DNA from: Intrasporangium sp.
GTDB taxonomy: Bacteria; Actinomycetota; Actinomycetes; Actinomycetales; Dermatophilaceae
Length of the DNA stretch: 46,300 bases
Assembly: GCA_035707905.1 (NCBI GenBank)
Contig: DASSTN010000219.1
Span: 1 to 46,300 of the forward strand
Reading direction: 5' to 3'
Below are positions 29,298 to 39,432 of the stretch, piece after piece (position 1 is the stretch's first letter; every line of letters starts with the position of its first letter). The translations under genes were made by a program, and so were the position numbers. Below the pieces are notes generated by a model. It did no database searches and was not told the origin of the DNA. It saw only the letters and a program-made list of their open reading frames with translations.

Positions 29298-30569
29298 GTG
29301 AGCCTCGTCGTCCAGAAGTACGGCGGATCGTCCGTGTCCGACGCCGAGGCGATCAGGCGCGTCGCCCGTCGGATCGTCGAGACGCAGCGGGCGGGCAACA
29401 AGGTCTGCGTCGTCGTCTCCGCGATGGGTGACACGACCGACGACCTGCTCGACCTCGCCGAGCAGGTGACGCCCGCCCCGCCGGCACGCGAGCTCGACAT
29501 GCTGCTCACCTCGGGCGAGCGGATCTCGATGGCCCTCGTCGCGATGGCGATCGCCCAGCTCGGCGCCGAGGCCCGTTCCTTCACCGGGTCGCAGGCCGGG
29601 GTCATCACCGACGAGGTCCACGGTCGGGCCCGCATCATCGACGTCACGCCCGGTCGCATCCAGAACGCGCTCGACGCCGGCCACATCGCGATCGTCGCCG
29701 GATTCCAGGGCGTCAGCCAGACGACGAAGGACATCACGACCCTCGGGCGCGGCGGTTCGGACACGACCGCCGTCGCCCTCGCCGCGGCCCTCAACGCGGA
29801 TGTCTGCGAGATCTACACCGACGTCGACGGGGTCTTCACTGCGGACCCGCGGGTCCTGCCGACCGCCCGCAAGCTCGACGTCGTGTCGATGGAGGAGATG
29901 CTCGACCTCGCCGCGAACGGCAGCAAGATCCTGCACCTGCGCTGCGTCGAGTACGCCCGCCGCTACGGCATCCCCATCCACGTGCGCTCCTCCTGGTCGC
30001 AGAAGCCCGGCACGTGGATCAAGGACAACCCCTACGAAGGAGAAGGCGCTGTGGAAGCACCGATCATCACCGGCGTCGCGCACGACAAGGGCGAGGCCAA
30101 GATCACGATCGTCGGTGTCCCCGACGAGGTCGGCGCCGCCGCGACGATCTTCGGTGCGATCGCCGAGGCGGAGATCAACATCGACATGATCGTGCAGAAC
30201 GTGTCGGCGGCCCAGACCGGCAAGACGGACATCTCCTTCACGCTGCCGCAGGGCGACGGCGCCAAGGGGATCAGCGTGCTGCAGGGGATCAAGGGCGAGG
30301 TCGCCTACGAGGACCTGCGCCTTGACGACGCGATCGGCAAGATCTCGCTCGTCGGCGCCGGGATGAAGTCCCACCCGGGCGTCTCGGCACGGTTCTTCCG
30401 CGCGCTCGCGGACGCCGGCATCAACATCGAGATGATCTCGACCTCCGAGATCCGCGTCTCGGCGGTGACCCGCGCCGACCAAGTCGAGGACGCCGTGCGC
30501 GCGGTCCACACGGCGTTCGGCCTCGACGCCGCGGAGGAGGCCGTCGTCTACGGGGGCACCGGCCGCTGA
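29298..30569 (+). CDS. ask: Aspartate kinase (alpha subunit; beta subunit probably from an internal GTG at 30051)
   Basis: [29 protein letters not shown], two ACT domains. Confidence 0.97.
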   Translation: MSLVVQKYGGSSVSDAEAIRRVARRIVETQRAGNKVCVVVSAMGDTTDDLLDLAEQVTPAPPARELDMLLTSGERISMALVAMAIAQLGAEARSFTGSQAGVITDEVHGRARIIDVTPGRIQNALDAGHIAIVAGFQGVSQTTKDITTLGRGGSDTTAVALAAALNADVCEIYTDVDGVFTADPRVLPTARKLDVVSMEEMLDLAANGSKILHLRCVEYARRYGIPIHVRSSWSQKPGTWIKDNPYEGEGAVEAPIITGVAHDKGEAKITIVGVPDEVGAAATIFGAIAEAEINIDMIVQNVSAAQTGKTDISFTLPQGDGAKGISVLQGIKGEVAYEDLRLDDAIGKISLVGAGMKSHPGVSARFFRALADAGINIEMISTSEIRVSAVTRADQVEDAVRAVHTAFGLDAAEEAVVYGGTGR

Positions 30570-30656
30570 CGAGCTCTCCTTCCTCGGCTTGAGGTATTGG
30601 GGGCGCCGCTCCGGCAGCCGCCATACCTCAACCGGGCGAGTGGGTAGGGGAGCCAG

Positions 30657-32045
30657 ATGCAGCACGAGAGCGTATGGCTCGCCACCGCGGACCGGCCCGT
30701 ACACCCACCGATCGAGGGGCGCCTGTCCGTCGACGTCGTCGTCATCGGCGCGGGCATCACCGGTCTCACGACCGCCCTGCTCGCGCATCAGGCGGGGGCG
30801 CAGGTGGCCGTCGTCGAGGCCCGTCAGGTGGCCTCCGGCACGAGCGGCGGCACGACCGGCAAGGTGACCTCGCAGCACGGCCTCATCTATGCCGATCTCG
30901 TCGAGCGGCACGGCTTCGACAACGCCCGCCGCTATGCCGAGGCGAACGAGGCCGGCCTCGAACGGGTCGCCAGCCTGGTCGCCGAGCTCGGTCTCGACTG
31001 CGGCTTCACGAGGGCGCCGGCCTTCGTCTACAGCCGCTCCGAGGAGCTCGCCCACCAGATGGCCGCGGAGGCCCAGCAGGCGGCCGCCCTCGGCCTACCC
31101 GCCGGGCTGGCGCGGGACACCGGACTGCCCTTCGAGGTGCCCGCCGCGGTCCGCTTCGACGACCAGGCCCATCTCCACGCCGGCCGCTACCTCACCGGCC
31201 TCGCGAAGGCGTTCACGGACGCCGGCGGCCAGCTCTTCGAACGGTCGCGCGTCACGGACATCGCTGACATCGGGGACTCCGCCGTCGAGGTGACGGCCGA
31301 GGGACACGCCATCCGGGCCAGCCACTGCGTCGTCGCGACGCTCCTGCCGCTCGGCGTCATCGCCGGCTGCTTCGCCCGGACCACGCCGATGCGTTCCTAT
31401 GGCCTCGCCGTCCGCCTCCAGACGGAGGCGCCGACGACGATGACGATCTCGGCCGACTCGCCGACCTACTCGACCCGCCCCTGGCCGGATGCCGGGCCGA
31501 CGGGTCTGGTCGTCGTGGGTCAGGGCCACCAGGTGGGAGCGGACGTCGACACCACCGAGCAGTACGCGGCCCTCGAGCGGTGGGCGCGGGCGACCTTCGA
31601 CGTCGAGGGGATCGACTACCGGTGGTCCGCCCAGGACTACGCGACCAGTGACCGCCTCCCCTATGTGGGCCAGGCGCCGTTGCGCGGCCGGGTCCTGGTC
31701 GCGACCGGCTTCGCCAAGTGGGGGCTCACCAACGGCACGGCCGCCGCGCTGATGCTGGTCGACCTGCTCGCCGACCGCGAGTCGCCCTGGCTGCCCACCT
31801 TCGACGTCGGCCGGATCGGTGACGTCGAGTCGGTCATCGAGACGGCGAGGGCCAACCTCGGCAACAGCATCGACTTTGTCAAGGACCGGCTGACGCGCGA
31901 CACCCCGACGTGCACGCACCTCGGCTGCCGGCTGCGCTGGAACACCGCGGAGACGACCTGGGACTGCCCGTGCCACGGCTCCCGCTTCACCGAGCAGGGC
32001 GAGGTCATCGAGGGCCCAGCCGTGCACCCCCTCCACCTGACCTGA
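30657..32045 (+). CDS. FAD-dependent oxidoreductase (DAO family) with C-terminal Rieske motifs, YhfW-like
   Basis: IGAGITG; TGFAKWGLT; CTHLGC and [10 protein letters not shown]. Confidence 0.9.
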   Translation: MQHESVWLATADRPVHPPIEGRLSVDVVVIGAGITGLTTALLAHQAGAQVAVVEARQVASGTSGGTTGKVTSQHGLIYADLVERHGFDNARRYAEANEAGLERVASLVAELGLDCGFTRAPAFVYSRSEELAHQMAAEAQQAAALGLPAGLARDTGLPFEVPAAVRFDDQAHLHAGRYLTGLAKAFTDAGGQLFERSRVTDIADIGDSAVEVTAEGHAIRASHCVVATLLPLGVIAGCFARTTPMRSYGLAVRLQTEAPTTMTISADSPTYSTRPWPDAGPTGLVVVGQGHQVGADVDTTEQYAALERWARATFDVEGIDYRWSAQDYATSDRLPYVGQAPLRGRVLVATGFAKWGLTNGTAAALMLVDLLADRESPWLPTFDVGRIGDVESVIETARANLGNSIDFVKDRLTRDTPTCTHLGCRLRWNTAETTWDCPCHGSRFTEQGEVIEGPAVHPLHLT

Positions 32046-32054
32046 GGGCGGGGC

Positions 32055-32087
32055 GTGAGCGGCATACCCGCTCCGTATGCCGCTCAC
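32055..32087. repeat. Inverted-pair hairpin of the GTATGCCGCT motif
   Basis: GTGAGCGGCATACCCGCTCCGTATGCCGCTCAC, 10 nt after the stop codon. Confidence 0.85.
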
Positions 32088-32172
32088 CCCGCGCCCGCTC
32101 AGCCGTGGCGTCCCAGCCCGGCCCGGCGACGGGCCTCGTTTCGGTTCGGCTTCGGCGGGCAGGAGAGCGGGC

Positions 32173-33165
32173 ATGGCGACGATCGGGTTCCACTGTGCCC
32201 ACGAACAGGTCGCGCCGTCCCAGCTGCTCACCGACGTCGTCCACGCCGAGGCGGCCGGCTTCGGCGCCGCCCTCTGCGCCGACCACCTCTCCCCGTGGAC
32301 GTCCCACCAGGGGCAGGCCGGACATGCCTGGTCCTGGCTCGGCGCCGCCCTCGCGCGGACGAGCCTGACCTGTGGGGTGCTCACCTCGCCCGGCCAGCGC
32401 TACCACCCGGCCGTGCTCGCCCAGGCGATGGGCACCCTCGCCCAGATGTTCCCCGGCCGGTTCTGGGCCTCGCTCGGCTCGGGCCAGGCGATCGACGAGC
32501 ACGTGACCGGCACCGGCTGGCCACGCAAGGAGCTGCGCGAGCGGCGCCTCGTCGAGTGCGTCGACGCGATGCGCCGGCTCCTCGCCGGCGAGGAGGTGAG
32601 CCACGACGGCCTCGTCTCCGTCGACCGAGCCCGGGTGTGGTCGCGCCCAGAGGCCCCACCGCCGCTCCTCGGCACCGCCATCACCGAGGAGACCGCACAG
32701 TGGCACGCCCGCTGGGCGGACGGGCTCGTCACCATCGGCCAGCCCACAGAGACGCTCCACCGCGTCACGGATGCCTATCGGCACGGCGGCGGGCGGGGAT
32801 GGCTCGCGCTGCTCGTCCACCTCAGCTGGGCCCCCACCGAGGACGAGGCCATCGACCTTGCCATGGACCACTGGCCCGCCGGCGTGTTCGGCCCGCCCCT
32901 CGTGCTCGACGTCGAGACCGTGGACGGGTTCGACGAGCTGGCGCGCCACGTGACCGAGGACCAGGTCCGTGCCGCCGTCCGCGTGTCCGCCGATCCCGAG
33001 CAGCACGTCGAGTGGATCCGGGCCGACCTCGAGCTCGGCTTCGACGAGGTCTACCTCCACTTCGTCGGCCCGTGGCAGGAGCCGTTCATCGACGCCTTCT
33101 CCGCAGACGTCCTCCCGGCCTTCGCCGAGGAGCCGCAAGAGGAGGACCGCGTTGAGAACGAGTGA
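32173..33165 (+). CDS. LLM-class, probably F420-dependent, oxidoreductase
   Basis: IGFHCAHEQ, ADHLSPW...GHAWSWLGA, QRYHPAVLAQ; RBS AGGAG. Confidence 0.88.
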   Translation: MATIGFHCAHEQVAPSQLLTDVVHAEAAGFGAALCADHLSPWTSHQGQAGHAWSWLGAALARTSLTCGVLTSPGQRYHPAVLAQAMGTLAQMFPGRFWASLGSGQAIDEHVTGTGWPRKELRERRLVECVDAMRRLLAGEEVSHDGLVSVDRARVWSRPEAPPPLLGTAITEETAQWHARWADGLVTIGQPTETLHRVTDAYRHGGGRGWLALLVHLSWAPTEDEAIDLAMDHWPAGVFGPPLVLDVETVDGFDELARHVTEDQVRAAVRVSADPEQHVEWIRADLELGFDEVYLHFVGPWQEPFIDAFSADVLPAFAEEPQEEDRVENE

Positions 33166-34807
33166 CACGGCCGACCTGTGGTGGCGCAACGCGGTCATCT
33201 ACTGCCTGGACCCGCAGACCTACGTCGACACCGACGGCAACGGCCAGGGCGACCTGCAGGGCGTGATCGACCGCATCGACTACCTCGCCGAGCTCGGCGT
33301 CACCTGCATCTGGCTCATGCCCTTCTTCGAGACGCCGGACCGCGACGACGGCTACGACATCTCGGACTTCTACGTCGTCGACCGGCGCCTCGGCAGCCTC
33401 GGCGACTTCGTCGAGCTGGTCCGGATGGCCCGCTCGCGTGGCATCCGCGTGATCATCGACTTCGTCATGAACCACACCTCGGACCAGCACCCCTGGTTCA
33501 AGGAGGCCCGCAAGGACACGACGAACCGGTTCCGCGACTACTACGTCTGGCGCAAGAAGCCGCCGAGGAACGCGCGGCAGAGCATCATCTTCCCCGACGT
33601 CGAGTCGAGCAACTGGGCGCGGGACGACAAGACCGGCGAGTACTACCTGCACCACTTCTACTCCCACCAGCCAGACCTCAACGTCGCGAACCCCAGGGTG
33701 CGGGAGGAGATCGCGAAGAACATCGGCTTCTGGCTCGAGCTTGGCGTCGCCGGCTTTCGGGTCGACGCCGTGCCCTACCTCTTCGACAACGACGGCGTCG
33801 ACGAGAAGGCCGCGCACTACTCGTCGATCGCCTACCTCCGGGAGATCCGCGAGTTCGTGGCGCGCCGGTCGGGTGACGGGGTGCTCCTCGGCGAGGTGAA
33901 CCTCCACTACGACGAGCAGCTCAAGTGGTTCGGCGACGACATCGGCGACGGCCTGCACATGCAGTTCGACTTCATGACAGCCCAGCACCTGTTCCTCGCC
34001 CTGGCGCGGCAGGACGGTCGCTCCCTCGTCAAGAGCCTCGAGCATCGGCTCGCCGTGGGTACGACGAACCAGTGGGCCACCTTCGTGCGCAACCACGACG
34101 AGCTGACGCTCGACCTGCTGACCGACAAGGAGCGCGAGGACGTCTTCGCCGCCTTCGCCCCCGACCGGGAGATGCGGATCTACGGCAGGGGCATCCGCCG
34201 TCGGGTCCCGACGATGCTCCAGGACGACGCGCGCACCCGTCTGGCCTACGCCTTCGTCTTCTCCCTGCCCGGCTCGCCGTGCCTCTTCTACGGCGAGGAG
34301 ATCGGGATGGGCGAGAACCTCGAGGTCGAGGGGCGGTTCGCGGTGCGGACCCCGATGCAGTGGAGCCCCGAGGGCGGGTTCTCCCAGGCCGAGACGAAAC
34401 GGTGGGTCCGCCCGATGCCCGACGGCGACTGGGGGCCGAAGACGATCAACGTCGAGGCCCAGCGCAGGGACCCGGACTCGATGTGGCGCTTCATGCAGCG
34501 GCTCATCCGTGCCTACCGGGAGGCTCCCCAGCTGGCCTGGTCCTCGCTGGAGCTGATCGAGCAGGACAACGACGCCGTCGTGGCGCACCTCTGCAGGGCC
34601 CCCGACAACAGCTGGATCATGGTTGCCCTGCACAACTTCGGTGAGCACGGCGCCCTGGTGGAGCTCGACCTGCCGGGCACGCTCGACACCGGTGTGCTCG
34701 TCGACCGCTTCGACGGCAGCCGGCTGCCGTTCGCCGACGGCGGCGTCGCCCGGGTCGAGGTCGGCGGTCATGGTTTCCGGTGGTTCACGGTGGAGCAGGG
34801 GACCTGA
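33152..34807 (+). CDS. GH13 alpha-amylase family protein (trehalose synthase-like)
   Basis: DDGYDISDF, VMNHTSDQHPWF, GFRVDAVPY, LGEVN, FVRNHDEL; TTG start after GGAGGA. Confidence 0.9.
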   Translation: MRTSDTADLWWRNAVIYCLDPQTYVDTDGNGQGDLQGVIDRIDYLAELGVTCIWLMPFFETPDRDDGYDISDFYVVDRRLGSLGDFVELVRMARSRGIRVIIDFVMNHTSDQHPWFKEARKDTTNRFRDYYVWRKKPPRNARQSIIFPDVESSNWARDDKTGEYYLHHFYSHQPDLNVANPRVREEIAKNIGFWLELGVAGFRVDAVPYLFDNDGVDEKAAHYSSIAYLREIREFVARRSGDGVLLGEVNLHYDEQLKWFGDDIGDGLHMQFDFMTAQHLFLALARQDGRSLVKSLEHRLAVGTTNQWATFVRNHDELTLDLLTDKEREDVFAAFAPDREMRIYGRGIRRRVPTMLQDDARTRLAYAFVFSLPGSPCLFYGEEIGMGENLEVEGRFAVRTPMQWSPEGGFSQAETKRWVRPMPDGDWGPKTINVEAQRRDPDSMWRFMQRLIRAYREAPQLAWSSLELIEQDNDAVVAHLCRAPDNSWIMVALHNFGEHGALVELDLPGTLDTGVLVDRFDGSRLPFADGGVARVEVGGHGFRWFTVEQGT

Positions 34808-35451
34808 TGGCCCGCGACGACTACCCCGGGGCAGGCCCCTGGATTCCCGAGCAGCCCGACGAGGAGCGCCTGCGGTCGGCCGTGCAGGAGTGCCGCGGCT
34901 GCGACCTCTACCGGGACGCGACCCAGGGGGTCATGGGTGACGGGCCCGTCCCGGCCCGGCTCATGCTCGTCGGGGAGCAGCCCGGCGACCAGGAGGACAA
35001 GCAGGGCCTGCCCTTCGTCGGTCCTGCCGGCCGCCTGCTCGACCGGGCGCTCGGCGAGGCCGGGATCGAGCCGACCAGCGTCTACAAGACCAACGTCGTC
35101 AAGCACTTCCGGTTCGTGCGCGACGGCGGCAAGCGGATCCACAAGTCTCCGGTCCGGTGGCAGGTCGCGGCGTGCGAGCCCTGGCTGCTGACCGAGCTGG
35201 AGCTCGTGCGCCCCGAGGTCGTCGTCCTCCTCGGCGCCACCGCCGGGCAGGCGGTCTACGGGTCGGGGTTCCGGGTGGGGGCCCTGCGTGGCAAGCCGTC
35301 CCCGTGGCCGGAGGGCCTCACCTCAGCCGGCGTGGTGCCGACCACGGTCGCGACCGCGCACCCGTCGTCGGTCCTGCGCTCGAGGCAGCGCGATGCGGAC
35401 CTCGCGGCCCTCGTGGCAGACCTCGTCGTGGCGCGCGAACTGCTCGCCTGA
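34807..35451 (+). CDS. udgX: UdgX-family uracil-DNA binding protein
   Basis: CRGC, VGEQPGDQED, FVGPAG, VKHFRF...KRIHKSP (R-loop His), HPSS. Confidence 0.85.
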   Translation: MARDDYPGAGPWIPEQPDEERLRSAVQECRGCDLYRDATQGVMGDGPVPARLMLVGEQPGDQEDKQGLPFVGPAGRLLDRALGEAGIEPTSVYKTNVVKHFRFVRDGGKRIHKSPVRWQVAACEPWLLTELELVRPEVVVLLGATAGQAVYGSGFRVGALRGKPSPWPEGLTSAGVVPTTVATAHPSSVLRSRQRDADLAALVADLVVARELLA

Positions 35452-35637
35452 GTGCCGCTGCCATCCCTTCATGCGGTGCGCCCCCGAGGTGGACGGAGCG
35501 GGAGGGGCACGGCGCACCTCGGCCGGCGAGCGGCATACGAGCGGCTGATCCGGCACGTGGGCCGGGGACGTGCGGCCGCCCGTTTGGGCGCTCCGCGGAC
35601 GGGCACGGGACACGGGACATCTGGGAGGAGGTCTGGG

Positions 35638-35805
35638 ATGAAGGACCAGTTCGGGCTCATCCTTCTCATCATCGTCCTCGTCATCCTTGTCGGCGGGTTC
35701 GCCGGCTTCTCGTGGGGACGCAAGCCGCGGACGCCTCGAGGGACGGACGCGACGGCCCGCCGCGAAACGCGGGAGCAGGAGAAGCGCCGCAGAGAAGACG
35801 AATGA
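35638..35805 (+). CDS. Small single-TM protein (55 aa)
   Basis: RBS GGAGGAGG; MKDQFGLILLIIVLVILVGGFAGFSWG followed by a charged tail. Confidence 0.7.
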   Translation: MKDQFGLILLIIVLVILVGGFAGFSWGRKPRTPRGTDATARRETREQEKRRREDE

Positions 35806-35867
35806 GCCTAGATTAGGAGAACCGGCTCGGGGGTACTGCGGGAGTGTCAACCGAACTAGGAGGCTTC

Positions 35868-36023
35868 ATGATCATCCTCGGGATCATTTGTTTGATACTC
35901 GGCCTGATCCTCAAGATCAGCATCCTCTGGACGATAGGCATCATCCTCGTCGTCCTCGGGATCATCCTGTGGGCCCTCGGGGCCGCTGGCCACGCCATCG
36001 GCGGACGATCTCACTGGTGGTAG
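35868..36023 (+). CDS. Small two-TM membrane protein (51 aa, DUF6131-like); not in the ORF track
   Basis: AGGAGG-ATG; MIILGIICLILGLILKISILWTIGIILVVLGIILWALGAAGHAIGGRSHWW. Confidence 0.85.
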   Translation: MIILGIICLILGLILKISILWTIGIILVVLGIILWALGAAGHAIGGRSHWW

Positions 36024-36099
36024 TCCCGCCGCCCGCCGCGCCACCCACACGGCTCGGCTGACCACATGCGGTCCGACGCCTCGGCGTCGGGCCGCTTGT

Positions 36100-36124
36100 G
36101 TTTGTCCTGTGTGTCCACGGGTAA
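36100..36124 (+). promoter_or_regulatory. SigB/SigF-type stress promoter
   Basis: GTTT-N15-GGGTAA upstream of the ABC operon. Confidence 0.7.
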
Positions 36125-36169
36125 TTCCGCTTCGAGGACGCTTTGACGTCGAAGACTGGAGGGGCGGAA

Positions 36170-37552
36170 ATGCGGGTCAGGAACATCCTGGCGGTCGGCG
36201 CGGTCGCGTTGCTGGCCGGCTGTGCGGGCGTCGGCGGGGGCAGCTCCTCCCGAGACGGCGCGCAGGGCGGCGGCGCAACCGGCGGTGGCGAGTTCAGTGG
36301 AAGCCCGACCGGCACCTTGAAGATCATGGGTTTCGGCGGCGAGGACGAGGTCGGCCAGGCGCGCATCGCAGCCTTCAAGGCGGCCTACCCGAAGGTCGAG
36401 GTCTCCCAGACGAAGGGCAGCTTCGACGCCCAACAGTTCCTCACAGCGCTCGCGAGCGGCAACCCGCCCGACGTGGTCTACATGGACCGCAACCTCGTCG
36501 GCACCTATGCCGCGCAGAAGGCCGTCGTGCCCTTCGAGGCGTGCGTCGACGGGCAGCAGATCGACACGAGCCAGTATCGTGAGGCCGCGCTCAAGACGCT
36601 CACCCTCGACGGCAAGCTCTACGGCATCCCCGAGTTCTACGTCGTGACAACCAATCTCATCGATGGCAAGGCGCTCGCCGACGCCGGCCTGCAGGCGAGC
36701 GACATTCAGACGAAGGACTGGCAGGCGCTCAAGCAGACGAGCGACAAGCTGCACCAGGCCAAGGGCGGCAAGCTCAGCTCGATCGGCTTCGACCCCAAGC
36801 TCCCCGAGGACTTCCCGCTCTGGGCTATGGCCAACGGCGTCGACCTCGTCAAGGAGGACGGATCGCCAAACCTCAACGACCCCAAGGCCGTTGAGGCGCT
36901 CGACTTCGCGGCGAGCCTGGTCAAGGACCAGGGCGGCTGGGCCTCCTTCAAGGCGTTCCGTGACGCCCACGACATCTTCAGCGAGAACAACCCGATCTCG
37001 TCCCACGCCGTCGCCGCGTTCCCGATGGAGAACTGGTATGTCAACGTCCTGCGCGACTTCATCCCCAAGGGGCTGAAGCTCCAGTCGACCCCGTTCACGG
37101 ATCATGGCGGCAACCCCATCAGCACGGTCGGCGGCAACGCCTGGGTCATCCCCAAGGGCGCGAAGAACCCGCTCGCCGCGTGCGCCTGGGCCAAGACGAT
37201 GACGAGCAAGGACACGTGGATGAAGGCGGCCGACGCCCGCATCGCCAAGGTCAAGGCCGACAAGAGCTTCTTCACCGGCCTCTTCACGGCCAACAAGCCG
37301 GCCGACGAGGAGATCAAGGCGAAGTACCTCACCAAGGTGCCGGACGCCGGCTTCGAGCAGGCGATCAACAACTACTACGCAACGCTTGACGTCGCGAAGG
37401 CGCTCAACCCGTCGCCGGCCGGCTCCGAGATCGACGCCGCCTGGCGCAGCGCCGCCGAGAAGGTCCTGACCGGGACCCCCGCCCAGACCGCTCTCGACCA
37501 GGCGCAGAAGGAGGCTCAGGCGGCCTACGACAAGGCGCGCAAGAATGGCTGA
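36170..37552 (+). CDS. Sugar ABC transporter substrate-binding lipoprotein
   Basis: Lipobox LAGC; PPDVV, DGKLYGIP, GGNAWVIPKGAKN; RBS GGAGG. Confidence 0.9.
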   Translation: MRVRNILAVGAVALLAGCAGVGGGSSSRDGAQGGGATGGGEFSGSPTGTLKIMGFGGEDEVGQARIAAFKAAYPKVEVSQTKGSFDAQQFLTALASGNPPDVVYMDRNLVGTYAAQKAVVPFEACVDGQQIDTSQYREAALKTLTLDGKLYGIPEFYVVTTNLIDGKALADAGLQASDIQTKDWQALKQTSDKLHQAKGGKLSSIGFDPKLPEDFPLWAMANGVDLVKEDGSPNLNDPKAVEALDFAASLVKDQGGWASFKAFRDAHDIFSENNPISSHAVAAFPMENWYVNVLRDFIPKGLKLQSTPFTDHGGNPISTVGGNAWVIPKGAKNPLAACAWAKTMTSKDTWMKAADARIAKVKADKSFFTGLFTANKPADEEIKAKYLTKVPDAGFEQAINNYYATLDVAKALNPSPAGSEIDAAWRSAAEKVLTGTPAQTALDQAQKEAQAAYDKARKNG

Positions 37553-38495
37553 GCGGGCCATTCGCACGGCTCGAGGCGTCCGCGCAGCCCGGGCGCGAGG
37601 ATCGTTGCAGCGCAAGGAAAGCAGGGCGGCATACCTCTTCCTCCTGCCGTGGATCTTCGGCTTCCTCGTCTTCACGGCGGGGCCGATGGTCGCCAGCCTC
37701 TTCCTGTCGTTCACCGACTACTCGGTGGTCCGCCCCTCCGACCCCGTCGGGCTGGCGAACTACCAGCAGCTCATGGACGACCCGCGGGTGGCGAAGTCGC
37801 TGGCCAACACCTTCGTGTATGCCGCTCTCTTCGTCCCGCTGGGCACCGTCGTCGCGCTCGGGTTGGCGATGTTGCTGCACAAGGTCGGTCGTGCCCGCGG
37901 CTTCTTCCGGACCGTCTTCTACCTGCCCGTCATGACGCCCGCCGTCGCGGCCGGGGCGATGTTCCTCCTGCTGCTCAACGGGCAGACCGGCCTGGTCAAC
38001 CAGGTGCTGGGGTGGTTCGGGATCGACGGGCCGAACTGGACGACCGATCCGTCCTGGCTGAAGCCCTCGCTGGCCATGGTGAGCCTCTGGACCGTCGGTG
38101 GCACCGTCGTCATCTACCTCGCGGCGCTCAACAACGTGCCGAAGCAGCTCTACGAGGCCGCGATGCTCGACGGGGCCGGGCCGGCTCGGCGGTTCTTCCA
38201 TGTGACGCTACCGATGATCTCGGGAGCCCTCTTCTTCACGGTCATCACGCACACCATCGCGGCGATGCAGATGTTCGACCAGGCCTACACGATGTTCTAC
38301 GGGCCGCAGCAGAAGGCGAGCGCGTCCGACGAGTCGCTCGTCTACATGGTCTACCTGTTCCAGAACGCCTTCCAGTTCTTCAAGATGGGCTTCGCCTCGG
38401 CGATGGCCTGGCTCCTCTTCGTCATCATCCTGGTCATCACGGTGATCCAGGTGAAGGTCGGCAACCGGCTCGTCTACTACGAGGGGGACAGATGA
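37545..38495 (+). CDS. Sugar ABC transporter permease
   Basis: FFRTVFYLP, LYEAAMLDGA, MGFASAMAW. Confidence 0.92.
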   Translation: MAERAIRTARGVRAARARGSLQRKESRAAYLFLLPWIFGFLVFTAGPMVASLFLSFTDYSVVRPSDPVGLANYQQLMDDPRVAKSLANTFVYAALFVPLGTVVALGLAMLLHKVGRARGFFRTVFYLPVMTPAVAAGAMFLLLLNGQTGLVNQVLGWFGIDGPNWTTDPSWLKPSLAMVSLWTVGGTVVIYLAALNNVPKQLYEAAMLDGAGPARRFFHVTLPMISGALFFTVITHTIAAMQMFDQAYTMFYGPQQKASASDESLVYMVYLFQNAFQFFKMGFASAMAWLLFVIILVITVIQVKVGNRLVYYEGDR

Positions 38496-39337
38496 TCACC
38501 CGTGCGCGTGGCCTCACACCGGGGACGCTGGTGCGGCTGCTGCTGCTCGCCGTCGCGTCCGTCGCCTTCGTCTACCCGCTGGTCTGGCTGGTCAGTGCCT
38601 CGCTGAAGCCGAAGACCGAGGTCTTCGACAACAAGCTGGTCCCGGACCACGTCCAGTGGAGCAACTTCGTCGAGGTGTGGAACGCGGGTCCGGTCCTGCA
38701 GTGGCTCATCAACTCAACGGTCGTCGCGTTCATGGCCGCCATCACCGTGACCATCTCGAGCGCCGCCGTCGCGTTCGGCTTCGCCTACTTCCGCTTCCGG
38801 CTGCGCGGCGTGCTCTTCGGGCTCGTCCTGTCGACGATGATGCTGCCCGGCGCGGTGACGATGATCCCGGTCTACCTCATCTGGAACCGCCTCGGCTTCG
38901 TCGACACCCAGGTGCCGCTGTGGGCCGCGAACCTCTTCGGGTCGGCCTTCTACATCTTCCTGCTCCGCCAGTTCTTCCTCGGCGTGCCGCGCGAGCTCTT
39001 CGAGGCGGCGCGGATCGACGGGTGCGGCTTCTTCGGGCTGTTCCGCCGGATCGCCCTGCCGCTGTGCCGGCCCGCCCTGATCATCGTGTTCGTCTTCGAG
39101 ATGCAGGCGAGCTGGTCGGATCTCATGAAGCCGCTGATCTACCTGCAGACCGAGCAGTACTTCACGATGCCGCGCGGGCTCAAGCAGATCATCGACGCCT
39201 TCGCGCTCTCCGGCGAGTACCACTGGGAGATCGCCATGGCGGCGACCCTCCTGGCCACGGTGCCGATGATCATCGTGTTCGCCTTCGCCCAGCGGTACCT
39301 GCTCGACGGCCTGGCCCTCTCCGCCAAGCAGGGCTGA
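38492..39337 (+). CDS. Sugar ABC transporter permease
   Basis: ATGA overlap; IFLLRQFF, ELFEAARIDG. Confidence 0.92.
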   Translation: MITRARGLTPGTLVRLLLLAVASVAFVYPLVWLVSASLKPKTEVFDNKLVPDHVQWSNFVEVWNAGPVLQWLINSTVVAFMAAITVTISSAAVAFGFAYFRFRLRGVLFGLVLSTMMLPGAVTMIPVYLIWNRLGFVDTQVPLWAANLFGSAFYIFLLRQFFLGVPRELFEAARIDGCGFFGLFRRIALPLCRPALIIVFVFEMQASWSDLMKPLIYLQTEQYFTMPRGLKQIIDAFALSGEYHWEIAMAATLLATVPMIIVFAFAQRYLLDGLALSAKQG

Positions 39338-39432
39338 CCCAGACCTCCTCGAGTGGCGCGGTACCCGGTGGGGGAGCGGGAAGGCCCTGAGCGGCATACT
39401 GCCGGGGAGACCGAGCCCGACGGAGACGCCAC

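Noticed and set aside
30642-30647. SigF-type promoter for the FAD/Rieske gene
   Set aside because: GGGTAG is present but there is no GTTT-like -35 at the proper spacing.
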